This document shows, piece after piece, positions 27,595 to 36,306 of a stretch of DNA of 64,000 bases. A program made the translations under genes and the position numbers. Source of the stretch: Bdellovibrionota bacterium (GTDB lineage Bacteria; Bdellovibrionota_C; UBA2361; SZUA-149; CAZDWZ01); assembly GCA_046328905.1 (NCBI GenBank), contig JAXLVP010000001.1, forward strand, positions 151,025 to 215,024. The letters are read 5' to 3'. The notes below the pieces were generated by a model. The model did no database searches, was not told where the DNA came from, and saw only the letters and a list, made by a program, of their open reading frames with translations. Each line of letters starts with the position of its first letter. The stretch's first letter is position 1.

Positions 27595-28107
27595 CTATGG
27601 ATATCTCGAAACGAATTCTTCGCAGAGTTGGGCCACTGTTTTGGCAAGGTCGGAGCTCGGCGTGTTCTGAATCTGGGTGACGATCTGTTCGAGCTCGTGT
27701 CTCATCGCTTCGAATTCGGCATTCGCCTTCGGAAGATCAGAGACGTATCGGGTGTGCACCATCCACCCGTACAGTCCGCACGTAATCGCGAAGGGAATCT
27801 TTCTGCAACTTTCCTCGAGCGTGATTCGGGCCCAGCCCGTCTTTTCTTGATCATGGATGATCCTCCCGCCTTCGCTCCCCCGTGTTCCGAGCGAGGCGCC
27901 GGATTCGAAGTCGTTCCACATGAGACCAGTGTTCCTCTGAGCGGAGGTAGAAGGGGCGCGTATCAAGCAAACGCTCCCTGCCACCTGTCCTGGCAAATAA
28001 ATCTCACATTTCGCCCCAGATTTCGATAACTGAAGAGAGAGCAGCAGAGCTCGGTTCTTTTTCGGTCTCGAAGTTGGGTAAAAGTCTCCACGTATACTGC
28101 CGGGCAA
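27595..28107 (-). CDS. Doubtful small hypothetical protein (start uncertain; first ATG at 27921)
   Basis: The ORF-track start is a TTG. The C-terminal part (RKIPFAITCGLYGWMVHTRYVSDLPKANAEFEAMRHELEQIVTQIQN) reads protein-like. No family is recognised. Confidence 0.35.
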   Translation of the reverse strand: MPGSIRGDFYPTSRPKKNRALLLSLQLSKSGAKCEIYLPGQVAGSVCLIRAPSTSAQRNTGLMWNDFESGASLGTRGSEGGRIIHDQEKTGWARITLEESCRKIPFAITCGLYGWMVHTRYVSDLPKANAEFEAMRHELEQIVTQIQNTPSSDLAKTVAQLCEEFVSRYP

Positions 28108-28215
28108 TCCTTCTCGGTCATTCGTTCTTGGAGCGTGTATGCCGGTCGTTTGACAAAAGTCTGTCAGACGACCGGCAGCACGGTGCTGCTCGTCTCCCGA
28201 GACAGGAGCGCAGCG

Positions 28216-28758
28216 ATGAAGAGATCGTGGCAGTTCTGGAAGTCTGTGCAGATGACGTGCCTCTCGGCTGTTTCCGTCGGCTGGGTCTGCTGGGGCCTGT
28301 CAATCCTCGTGATCGTGGGCCACACGTTTTACGGTTTCGGATCGACGCTGGCTGCGGTCCACGCGAGTTCCCTCGAGATTGCATTCCATCCCGAACGGGA
28401 TTCCGATGCCATCCGCGGTAACCCGTCGTATTACGTCGGCGATGCGCTGTTCGGAGTCGAGTCCGTGCCATGGATCAGCGCCGAGCGTCGGAGCGAGATT
28501 CGGATCCTCCGCGATGCGACGGTGAAGTGGGAGCGCGGAAGCGCGAACGCCGAGAGAAGGGAACGCCTGGCGAAAGATGCCGACCTGGCGTTCATCAGCC
28601 TCAAAGTGGAGGTGAGGGAGCACTATCTCGCGCGGCTTCTTTACGCGTGCGGCATCTTGCTGCTTGCAGCGGTCCTCCTCATGGCCGCTCGGTCGCTGAT
28701 CTTCTGGCGTCTCCCCGCCGACAGTTATGGCGACGATTCGTACTTCACCATTTTCTGA
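28216..28758 (+). CDS. Hypothetical two-TM membrane protein
   Basis: GGAG lies 7 nt before the ATG at 28216 (MKRSWQFWK). TM helices are LSAVSVGWVCWGLSILVIVG and LLYACGILLLAAVLLMAARSLIFW. Confidence 0.5.
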   Translation: MKRSWQFWKSVQMTCLSAVSVGWVCWGLSILVIVGHTFYGFGSTLAAVHASSLEIAFHPERDSDAIRGNPSYYVGDALFGVESVPWISAERRSEIRILRDATVKWERGSANAERRERLAKDADLAFISLKVEVREHYLARLLYACGILLLAAVLLMAARSLIFWRLPADSYGDDSYFTIF

Positions 28759-28840
28759 GCGGCTTCGCTCCGGCTACTGAATTGGTTACTCCGGCTCTGA
28801 GCGACTTGCGTTAGCTTGAGCACGGGTGTGCGTTCTTACC

Positions 28841-28887
28841 GCCGAGCAGTGGAGACTCTCTTGGGTTCAAGTCTCTGCTGCCTCGGC
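28841..28887 (+). terminator. Long hairpin downstream of the 28216-28758 gene
   Basis: GCCGAG-CAGTGGAGAC pairs with GTCTCTGCTG-(C)-CTCGGC (about 16 bp including G-U pairs). It is followed by a CTTC-gccc-GAAG mini-hairpin and GGGTTTCTG. Confidence 0.5.
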
Positions 28888-29934
28888 TTCGCCCGAAGTG
28901 GGTTTCTGTACTCACCGAGGTCGTCCAAGGACCAGCGAACCTCCGATTCGCTCCCCAACACCAAACTGAGGCGCCGACCAGGCGTGCAATCCAATCGCAG
29001 AGCAAAACGCGTTGATCAAATTGCAGCCTTGTTCGAGCTAGACTTCGATATGCCATCCGGCCAGCCCAGTGTCCGTTTCGAGTGCGACGATGAGCGCACT
29101 CTCCAGGTCTTGATTTCTCGCACGAACGCCAAACCGTCGGCGCTTTGTCCCACAGCTGACGATGATGAGTGTCAGTCCGTCAGGTAAGTCAGAGTCTGTT
29201 CCAAGCTTCTGCCCTCCATAGGGCGCCAAAACGGAGTCGACGGCGGGAGACGAGAGAGACCGCGATCGTGGACGATTCCGTCTTCTCCGGTGACCTCTTC
29301 GAGTCATAAAGAACCTCAACTTGCACAAGCGAACCTTTCAAACGTTTCCAGAAAAGATTGCACGCTTCAGCGGTGCCGCTGATGTTGAATGGGAAAGATC
29401 GAAATGAGCGCGGAGATCGTGAGCCTGATGCGAGAAGTTGACTACTCAAGCGTCTGCACCGTTTTGCCTCCGCGCGAGCGGCTGCGTCGCGCTTCGCCAG
29501 TTGCTTCTTCGGACGTTAGAACAGTTTATGCGTCGCGGCTTTCAGAAATCACGTTTTATTTGGCGTCTGTCCGCGCCGGCGAGAAGTGTCGAGCTCGCTG
29601 TGAACATGCGGTCGAGCTGTTTTGACGTGGTCATATCGTCGACTAAGCTGCCGCGCATGTTGTTTTCCTTTCATACCTGATTCGCCAATCATCAGCCCGT
29701 TGTTTGAAATTCCTCTCGGAGAACGGGCGTAGAACTTTCATTTCCCGCCACTTCAGTTTGACGAGCTGACTCTGTTCAGTGCACGGGTTTTGCTCTTCGA
29801 TTTTTGGTCGACTGAAACCGATGAGCCGGACGAGCGGGTTTGCCGAGCGGGCGAGATCGTCGGCGCGACCGAGCCGCGTTCATTCGCCCGGAATGGGCAG
29901 AACGAATGGGGTTCACTCAGATCGACGAACCGGG

Positions 29935-29964
29935 CACGAACGCCAGAGTCACGAACGGCAGAGT
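29935..29964. repeat. 15-bp tandem direct repeat x2 (CACGAACGCCAGAGT / CACGAACGGCAGAGT)
   Basis: Read directly; 14 of 15 positions are identical. It lies 45 nt beyond the 3' end of tRNA-Val. Confidence 0.7.
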
Positions 29965-30008
29965 TGGGGAGCCCAAGAATTGAGGAAACCGGGAAGGGGA
30001 GTGAAAAA

Positions 30009-30084
30009 TGGTGCGCGCGTAGGGACTCGAACCCCAGACATCATCCACGTCAAGGATGCGCTCTACCAACTGAGCTACGCGCGC
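30009..30084 (-). tRNA. tRNA-Val (anticodon GAC), CCA encoded
   Basis: The reverse complement folds as GCGCGCG-TA-GCTC-AGTTGGTA-GAGC-G-CATCC-TTGACGT-GGATG-ATGTC-TGGGG-TTCGAGT-CCCTA-CGCGCGC-A-CCA. This is a full 76-nt cloverleaf, followed by TTTTTC. Confidence 0.95.
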
Positions 30085-30388
30085 ACACCGAAGCAAAGGA
30101 GCGAAGCAGAGGCTCCGCCTCCCGAGGGAGACCAGTTGCTACCAAGCCCCGGGCCGTCAGTCAATTTGGGATCTGCCGACCACGGGGATCTTCGTTTGTT
30201 TTTCCGACGTTTGCGCGCGTCAGAGTCCGGAAATGTGGAGAGACTATTGAACGTTTTCCAGCGAGATAGTAGGTCAGTCTAGATTCTGGTTCGTAAGGGC
30301 TAGGAAAAATCAAAAGAGAGTGTTAGGATGCGCGGGCTCTTACTTGAGGGTGGGAGTTTTCAAGCAATTTCAGTAGGTTAGCTCGAAT

Positions 30389-30583
30389 ATGCCAAAAGTA
30401 AAGACCAATCGCGCCGCGAACAAGAGATTTCGGAAGACCGGCGGGAGCAAAATCAAGCGTGGAAGCGCTTTTCGTCGTCACCTGCTCACGAGCAAGCCGC
30501 CTGGCCGTAAGCGCCGGTTGCGCAAGCTTTCGTACATACATCCTTCGGATGAAAAAGAGATCCGAAAGCTGCTGCCTTATTAA
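30389..30583 (+). CDS. rpmI: 50S ribosomal protein L35
   Basis: MPKVKTNRAANKRFRKTGGSKIKRGSAFRRHLL is the canonical L35 N-terminus. Confidence 0.95.
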   Translation: MPKVKTNRAANKRFRKTGGSKIKRGSAFRRHLLTSKPPGRKRRLRKLSYIHPSDEKEIRKLLPY

Positions 30584-30623
30584 TCGAATTTCTCGACTGT
30601 ACTGTATTCCGGAGTAGGACAAG

Positions 30624-30977
30624 ATGAGAGTTAAACGTGGAGTAAAAGCTCGACGACGCAGAAACCGCACTTTGGCGCTTGCCAAGGGCTTCCGCGGTCG
30701 TTCGAAGAATACCATCCGACAAGCGACCCAGCGTGTCGAAAAGGCGATGGTATACGCCTACCGCGACCGTCGCGCGAACAAGCGTCATTTCCGTGAGCTG
30801 TGGATCGTTCGGATCAGTGTTGCGGCGAAGGAGCTGGGCATCAGCTATTCGAAGCTCATCAATGGGCTGAAGCTCGCGAATATCGATCTCGATCGAAAGA
30901 TGCTGGCCGACCTCGTCGTTCGTCAGCCGGAAGCCTTCCAAGCCGTCGTCGAGACCGCTAAGGCCGCTATAGCTTAG
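30624..30977 (+). CDS. rplT: 50S ribosomal protein L20
   Basis: [29 protein letters not shown]...[21 protein letters not shown] is canonical L20. Confidence 0.97.
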   Translation: MRVKRGVKARRRRNRTLALAKGFRGRSKNTIRQATQRVEKAMVYAYRDRRANKRHFRELWIVRISVAAKELGISYSKLINGLKLANIDLDRKMLADLVVRQPEAFQAVVETAKAAIA

Positions 30978-31033
30978 GCAACTGCCGAGCCGGCGCGTAG
31001 GCATCTGCCTAGCTGGTGACCCGATTCCGTATA

Positions 31034-31093
31034 CCGCTTCCTCAGCGTGCTCGTGAGGGAAGCGGGATTTCGAAATCGGGTTTGCCGTTTCTT
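31034..31093 (+). terminator. Hairpin plus 12-nt palindrome and T-rich tail between rplT and pheS (terminator or attenuator)
   Basis: CCGCTTCCTCA pairs with TGAGGGAAGCGG (31034-31065). It is followed by the GATTTCGAAATC palindrome (31066-31077) and GGGTTTGCCGTTTCTT. Confidence 0.45.
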
Positions 31094-31116
31094 AACCCCA
31101 ACATCAAATCTCAGTC

Positions 31117-32121
31117 GTGGCAATCACGGAAACTCTCGCAACAGTTCGCACGGAAGCCGAGACGCTGATCGCCACCGCTAAAGACGCCGCTGCGCTCGAT
31201 CTCATTCGCGCGCGCTTTCTCGGCAAAAAGGGCGAGCTGACGCTTCTCATGAAGGAGCTCGGATCTGTCGAGCCCAGCGCGCGGAAAGAAGTGGGCGCGC
31301 TCCTGAATACTGCGAAACGCGAGGTCGAGGAGACGTTGGACGCTCGTAAGTCCGCTCTCGTGAAGCTCGAGCAGTCCGCTCAGCTCAACCAGGAGTGGAT
31401 TGACGTGACCATCCCGGTCGAGAGCCCACTCTTCGCAACGGACACGGGTTCGCTTCATCCGCTGACCCAGGTACAACGGGAGCTGGAACGTATCTTCGTC
31501 GGTCTCGGCTTTACCGTCGTTGACGGCCCTGAAGTTGAAACCGAATATTACAACTTCGAAGCGCTCAATATACCTTCGTGGCACCCAGCTCGAGACATGC
31601 AGGACACCTTCTGGACGGACATGGGAGCGCTGCTCAGAACGCAGACCTCTGCCATCCAGGTCCGCGCCCTCGAGCAGCTCAAACCGCCGATTCGAATTGT
31701 CGCACCGGGTCGGTGTTTTCGATACGAGCGCTTGGACGCTACCCATGAGCACACCTTCTATCAGATGGAAGGGATGATGATCGATCGTCACGTAACGGTC
31801 GGCCATCTGATCTATTTCATGAAGACGCTGCTGCGTGAGATCTTCGGATCGGAGCAGAAGATTCGGCTCCGTCCCGGATATTTTCCGTTCGTTGAGCCCG
31901 GCTTCGAGCTCGATATCTGGTTTCAAGGCCGGTGGCTCGAGCTGCTCCCATGCGGGCTCGTGCATCCCCGGGTGCTCGAATACGGCGGAATCGATCCGAA
32001 GGAATGGCAGGGGTTCGCCTTCGGCTTGGGCTTGAGCCGACTGGTCATGTCTCGCTTTCAGATCGACGATATCCGCCACCTTCAGGGCGGCGATCTGCGT
32101 TTCCTCAAACAATTTCCGTGA
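31117..32121 (+). CDS. pheS: Phenylalanine--tRNA ligase alpha subunit
   Basis: GTG start. HPLTQVQRELERIFVGLGF, FEALNIPSWHPARDMQDTFW and GRCFRYE are class II PheS motifs. Confidence 0.95.
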   Translation: MAITETLATVRTEAETLIATAKDAAALDLIRARFLGKKGELTLLMKELGSVEPSARKEVGALLNTAKREVEETLDARKSALVKLEQSAQLNQEWIDVTIPVESPLFATDTGSLHPLTQVQRELERIFVGLGFTVVDGPEVETEYYNFEALNIPSWHPARDMQDTFWTDMGALLRTQTSAIQVRALEQLKPPIRIVAPGRCFRYERLDATHEHTFYQMEGMMIDRHVTVGHLIYFMKTLLREIFGSEQKIRLRPGYFPFVEPGFELDIWFQGRWLELLPCGLVHPRVLEYGGIDPKEWQGFAFGLGLSRLVMSRFQIDDIRHLQGGDLRFLKQFP

Positions 32122-32135
32122 ACCGGTAGCCGACG

Positions 32136-34652
32136 ATGAAGATCTCCCAGTCTTGGCTGAATGATTTCGTTCCGTGCAGCGACCTCACCCCTGATGAACT
32201 GTACGAGTTGATCACGACCAAGGTCGCAGAGGTGGATGGTGTCCATCGAAGCGATGCTCCGGCAGCTCATGCGATCGTCGCTCGGGTTCAGTCTGTGAAG
32301 CAGCATCCAAGTCGCGAGAAGCTCAAAGTCGCGACCGTTCAGCTTGGCAGCTCCGAAGCGCAGGTGGTTTGCGGCGCGTCGAACTGTGTAGAGGGTAGCC
32401 TGGTAGCTTATGTCGCTCCAGGTGAAACGCTGCTTTCGGTAACAGACGGCGCGACCATCAAAGTTGAGTCGAGAGATCTCGCAGGGATTCGGAGCGATGG
32501 CGTGCTCGTGTCCGAAGCAGAATTAGGGCTCACTGGGGACCATAGCGGTTTACTCGTTTTGTCCAGTCACCCGAGAGCCAAGCCGGGCGCGAAGCTCACC
32601 GATGTTATCGGCGCTGCCGACACTGTTATTGAGATCGACAATAAATCGCTCACTCATCGGCCGGACCTCTGGAGCCATTTCGGCTTCGCGCGCGAAATCG
32701 GCGCGATTCTCGGTCGTCCGCTCTCGCTGAACGCGGATCGCTTTGCCGATGACTCTCCTGAAGGAAGGGAGCTGCTCGCGAGCCTTGCAAAAGGGAAAGC
32801 GAACTTTACCGTTACGATCAATCCCGCAACAAAAGTCCGCCGATTCACTGCGCTAGAATTTGGGGGCGTGGCTGTGCAGCCTTCGCCGCTGTGGATGCGC
32901 CGACGGCTTTATGCCGTAGGGGCTGGTGTGCGTAACTTCCTGGTCGATCTCAGCAACTACGTGATGCACGACATCGGCCAACCGAATCATGCGTATGACG
33001 CCGATCTCCTTCAGGGAAGCACCGTGTCTGCACGGTTGGCAAAGCCAGGCGAATCGTTTATGGCGCTCGACGGCGTCGAGCGAGCTCTGACTGTGGAAGA
33101 CGTCGTCATTGCAGATTCCGCGCACGCGGTTGCGCTCGGCGGCGTCATCGGCGGCATGAATTCATCAATCGTCGACACGACGACTCGGCTCCTTCTCGAA
33201 TCGGCGAACTTCGATCCGGTCGTCATCCGAATGACGACGAAGCGCCAACAGGTGAGGACCGACGCATCCAATCGCTTTGAAAAAAGCAGAAGCCCGTATT
33301 CATGCCCGCTCGCTCTCCACCGGTTTGCTGAGCTGCTGCTGCGCGAGCAACCGTCGGCTCAGATCGTAGGAGGAGTTTCGGACGCGTTTCCTGAGCCGCC
33401 CAAAAAGCTCATCATTCAGGCTCGTCCAAGCTATATCCGGAGCCGGTTGGGTCCCGAGGTCAGCGAAGAGCGGATCGTTCAAATTCTGAGCTCGCTCGGT
33501 TTTCATTCGACGGACGTAGCAAAGGAGAAACTCAACCTGGAGGTTCCGTACGAGCGTGCGACACGGGATATTACAATCGAAGATGATCTCGTCGAAGAAG
33601 TCGGGCGCATCTACGGCTACAACAATATCGTCGAATCGGCGCCAGCTATCGAGTCCGTTGCCCGCCCGTCTCAACCGATCCTTGCACTGGAGAACAGTGT
33701 TCGCGACAGACTGGCGGGGATGGGGTTCTCGGAAGCGTACAACTATTCGTTCATGAGCGCGAAGCGGGCAGCAGAGCTGGGCTTCGAGACAGCGTCTGCG
33801 GTTCGACTGCTCAACCCGATTGATGCGACGAGCGATCTCATCCGAACAACACTGGTTCCCGGAGCGATCGAGCTGCTCGAGAAAAACGCGCGATTTGTTG
33901 ACGATGCGCTCCTGTTCGAGATCGGTCGTGCATACAGCACACGAAAGAGCGATGCGCAGAAGTCTTTCGCTGCGAGCGAGCGCCGGCTTCTCTCGCTGGC
34001 GTTCATGACTTCTCGGTCTGAATGCGACGCGAGTGCCGTGCTCCGTCCGAGACTCGAGAAAGGCAGCGCATTCTATGGATTGATGACCGCCGTGAAGCGA
34101 GTCTGTCGACTGGTATCGCCGGCCTCGGTAACGCTCCGACCGCTCGACGGAGCGGGTGATCAAGCAGACGATTACCGTTCGCTGAAAGCATGGATGCATC
34201 CTTTTCGAGCCGCGTCGATTACCGTTCATGGCAAAGCGATTGGCGTTCTGGCTGAGCTCAACCCGGCAGCCGGATTTGCCGTGAGCTCGAGAGCAGCGAT
34301 TTCGGAGCTCGACATCGCAGAGCTTCTTTCGCTCGAGACCGGCGTTGCGAAGTTTCGGCACCTATCGAAGTATCCGGATTCCTTCTTCGAGATGTCGGTA
34401 GTGATTCCCGATCGTGCCTATTATGCAGAGCTCGAAGATTTCCTTCGCGGCAGCACCGACTCGAAGCTTTTGCGGAGCATCGAAGTCCTCGATGTGTATC
34501 GTGGAAAGCCTCTGAAGGAGACCGAAAAGAGCATCTCGGTTCGCATGGCATTCGGCTCAGACGAGCGGACACTCTCCGGTGAGGAGATTAGCGCTCTTCA
34601 AGAGCAGCTCATCTCGGCGGTTCGCGGAAGTAAGTATTCGTTGCGCGGCTGA
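32136..34652 (+). CDS. pheT: Phenylalanine--tRNA ligase beta subunit
   Basis: 838 aa. MKISQSWLNDFV N-terminus, then tRNA-binding, B3/4, B5 and FDX-ACB order (LTHRPDLWSHFGFAREI; YDVYRGKPL at the end). Confidence 0.95.
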   Translation: MKISQSWLNDFVPCSDLTPDELYELITTKVAEVDGVHRSDAPAAHAIVARVQSVKQHPSREKLKVATVQLGSSEAQVVCGASNCVEGSLVAYVAPGETLLSVTDGATIKVESRDLAGIRSDGVLVSEAELGLTGDHSGLLVLSSHPRAKPGAKLTDVIGAADTVIEIDNKSLTHRPDLWSHFGFAREIGAILGRPLSLNADRFADDSPEGRELLASLAKGKANFTVTINPATKVRRFTALEFGGVAVQPSPLWMRRRLYAVGAGVRNFLVDLSNYVMHDIGQPNHAYDADLLQGSTVSARLAKPGESFMALDGVERALTVEDVVIADSAHAVALGGVIGGMNSSIVDTTTRLLLESANFDPVVIRMTTKRQQVRTDASNRFEKSRSPYSCPLALHRFAELLLREQPSAQIVGGVSDAFPEPPKKLIIQARPSYIRSRLGPEVSEERIVQILSSLGFHSTDVAKEKLNLEVPYERATRDITIEDDLVEEVGRIYGYNNIVESAPAIESVARPSQPILALENSVRDRLAGMGFSEAYNYSFMSAKRAAELGFETASAVRLLNPIDATSDLIRTTLVPGAIELLEKNARFVDDALLFEIGRAYSTRKSDAQKSFAASERRLLSLAFMTSRSECDASAVLRPRLEKGSAFYGLMTAVKRVCRLVSPASVTLRPLDGAGDQADDYRSLKAWMHPFRAASITVHGKAIGVLAELNPAAGFAVSSRAAISELDIAELLSLETGVAKFRHLSKYPDSFFEMSVVIPDRAYYAELEDFLRGSTDSKLLRSIEVLDVYRGKPLKETEKSISVRMAFGSDERTLSGEEISALQEQLISAVRGSKYSLRG

Positions 34653-34674
34653 GTCTGCCTGGAGCGGTGTCCCG

Positions 34675-36306
34675 ATGAATCGCTCGCTACTCTACGTTAT
34701 TCTTCTTCTCGCATTCTTCCTCCGCATAGTGGGCATCACGTGGGGGTTGCCTTCCGACGCGAATCCGGTTCGGCCGCTCCAGCCCGACGAACAGTGGGCC
34801 GTGGAGGTGATGGGGGAGATGAATTGGGCTAATGGGGACTTCAACCCGGATCAGGCCCACCGTGAGGGCACCCTCGCATACACGATCTGGACCAGCGTCG
34901 CGATAGTTGCGCAGAAGGCGGGCTTGATACCGAAACTCGCCTGGGAAATCGATCACTTCGATTCATCTTACGGCCGTCTGCTGCTCCTCATGCGGCTGGT
35001 CAACGTATTTGCAGATTGCTTGAGCGTAGTCCTAGCGTTTCTGTGCGTGCGAGCACTCGGGTTTAGGGTGGAAGCTGGGCTTTGGTCAGCGTTTCTGTTC
35101 GCGGTGCTGCCTTTCGAGCTTATTTACGCTCATTACGGTAGGACGCACGCCATTTCGAACTCACTGATTATGGCCGCTTGCTTCGCGGCGGCGCCGATGG
35201 CGTCCGGCTGTAGCGCAAAGCGCACCGCGCTGTGCGGCTTCCTATGTGGTTGCGCAGCGGCGAGTCGTTATCCCGCCGCTGCTGTTGCACTTGTTCCTCT
35301 TGGGGCGTTGACTATTCGTTTTGTGAACCGATGGCGCGAGAACGACGTTCTCGAGCCGGGCCCTGCGATGCGATGGGCGCGTGACTGCACTATTGTAGTG
35401 GTGTTTCTTTTCATCGGCTTTATTCTCTGCGATCCCTATTTCTTTCTGGAAATCGAGACGACCCGCCGCGCAATAGATTTTCAGGCGAAGTTCTTCGACC
35501 AATCGCAGTTCGGACCGGTGCTGTTTGATACGTCAAAAATTAGACGTTACCTCACTTATCTTCTCCCGGCTGGGGTGCAGCCGTATTTATGGCTTTATTT
35601 CTATCTGACTGGGGCGTGGCTCGCGTTTCAGCCGAGATTATTTCGCGCAACACTTCCCCTGATAGGCTATCTGCTCGTGTACTTTCTGATTATGGCGAAA
35701 GGTTATTGTACAGATACGCCTATTTTCATTCGAGCGATGTATGGTGTATTTCCGGGCTGTGCACTGCTCGCAGGCATTGCGAGTGACTTCTTTTGGAAAC
35801 AGCTTTCCAAGTCTGTAACCGGACGGAGGGCGGCTGTAGGAATGCTCGCTGGTATCGTGCTTCCATCGATTCTCTTCGATCTTGCGTACGTTAGCGCGAT
35901 GCAGGGAGAAGATTCGAGGACCGAGCTTCGCCGCTATTTTCTTGACGCTCAACGTGTTGAAGGTCGCCCGCTCGTTGTTGGGGTTTTTCCGGCTTTTAAC
36001 AATTTCGTCGTGCTTCCAGCGCTCGATGGGTTGGACGCGCCGCATCCGAAAGTGCAATTTCGAGAGGATTTCGTGACCAATCCAGGAGAGACAGATTACG
36101 TGATTACAGCCGCTTTCGAGCCTCATCAGTTTCCTCTCTTCGACAAACAGAGCGCTGAGCTCGTGGCGAGCGGAAGTTTTGCGCGCGTCCTCGATCTTGC
36201 TCGCGCGCCGTCACTGCTCGGCTACGAGTTCTCGGTTGAGAACAATCCGCACGACCTGCAGTATCCTTTTCCGCGATTGTCTTTATTCAAGCGTGTGCGC
36301 GAATGA
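34675..36306 (+). CDS. GT-C fold membrane glycosyltransferase (GT39/ArnT-like), second copy in the window
   Basis: The ATG at 34675 gives MNRSLLYVILLLAFFLRIVGITWGLPSD...PLQPDEQW. The protein is polytopic and starts 22 nt after the pheT stop. Confidence 0.7.
   Translation: MNRSLLYVILLLAFFLRIVGITWGLPSDANPVRPLQPDEQWAVEVMGEMNWANGDFNPDQAHREGTLAYTIWTSVAIVAQKAGLIPKLAWEIDHFDSSYGRLLLLMRLVNVFADCLSVVLAFLCVRALGFRVEAGLWSAFLFAVLPFELIYAHYGRTHAISNSLIMAACFAAAPMASGCSAKRTALCGFLCGCAAASRYPAAAVALVPLGALTIRFVNRWRENDVLEPGPAMRWARDCTIVVVFLFIGFILCDPYFFLEIETTRRAIDFQAKFFDQSQFGPVLFDTSKIRRYLTYLLPAGVQPYLWLYFYLTGAWLAFQPRLFRATLPLIGYLLVYFLIMAKGYCTDTPIFIRAMYGVFPGCALLAGIASDFFWKQLSKSVTGRRAAVGMLAGIVLPSILFDLAYVSAMQGEDSRTELRRYFLDAQRVEGRPLVVGVFPAFNNFVVLPALDGLDAPHPKVQFREDFVTNPGETDYVITAAFEPHQFPLFDKQSAELVASGSFARVLDLARAPSLLGYEFSVENNPHDLQYPFPRLSLFKRVRE

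Noticed and set aside
28850-28880. GGTTCAAGTC, a T-loop-like string suggesting a tRNA or tmRNA fragment
   Set aside because: The flanking bases cannot form a T stem, acceptor stem or anticodon arm. Instead the string is the loop of a 16-bp hairpin (28841-28887) that fits a terminator for the upstream gene.
29776-29883. 35-aa extremely basic minus-strand peptide (MNAARSRRRSRPLGKPARPAHRFQSTKNRRAKPVH) next to the tRNA
   Set aside because: There is no SD and no similarity to the basic ribosomal proteins L34 or L36. An Arg-rich translation is expected by chance in GC-rich non-coding DNA.
28759-30008. Integrase or phage pseudogene remnants adjacent to tRNA-Val
   Set aside because: I translated the minus and plus frames by eye and saw no tyrosine-recombinase boxes (R...HxxR...Y) or other recognisable fragments. 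I cannot exclude heavily decayed remnants without tblastx.
29779-30282. 167-aa and 159-aa plus-strand ORFs spanning the tRNA-Val gene
   Set aside because: They read straight through a perfect tRNA cloverleaf on the opposite strand and have no RBS or motif.
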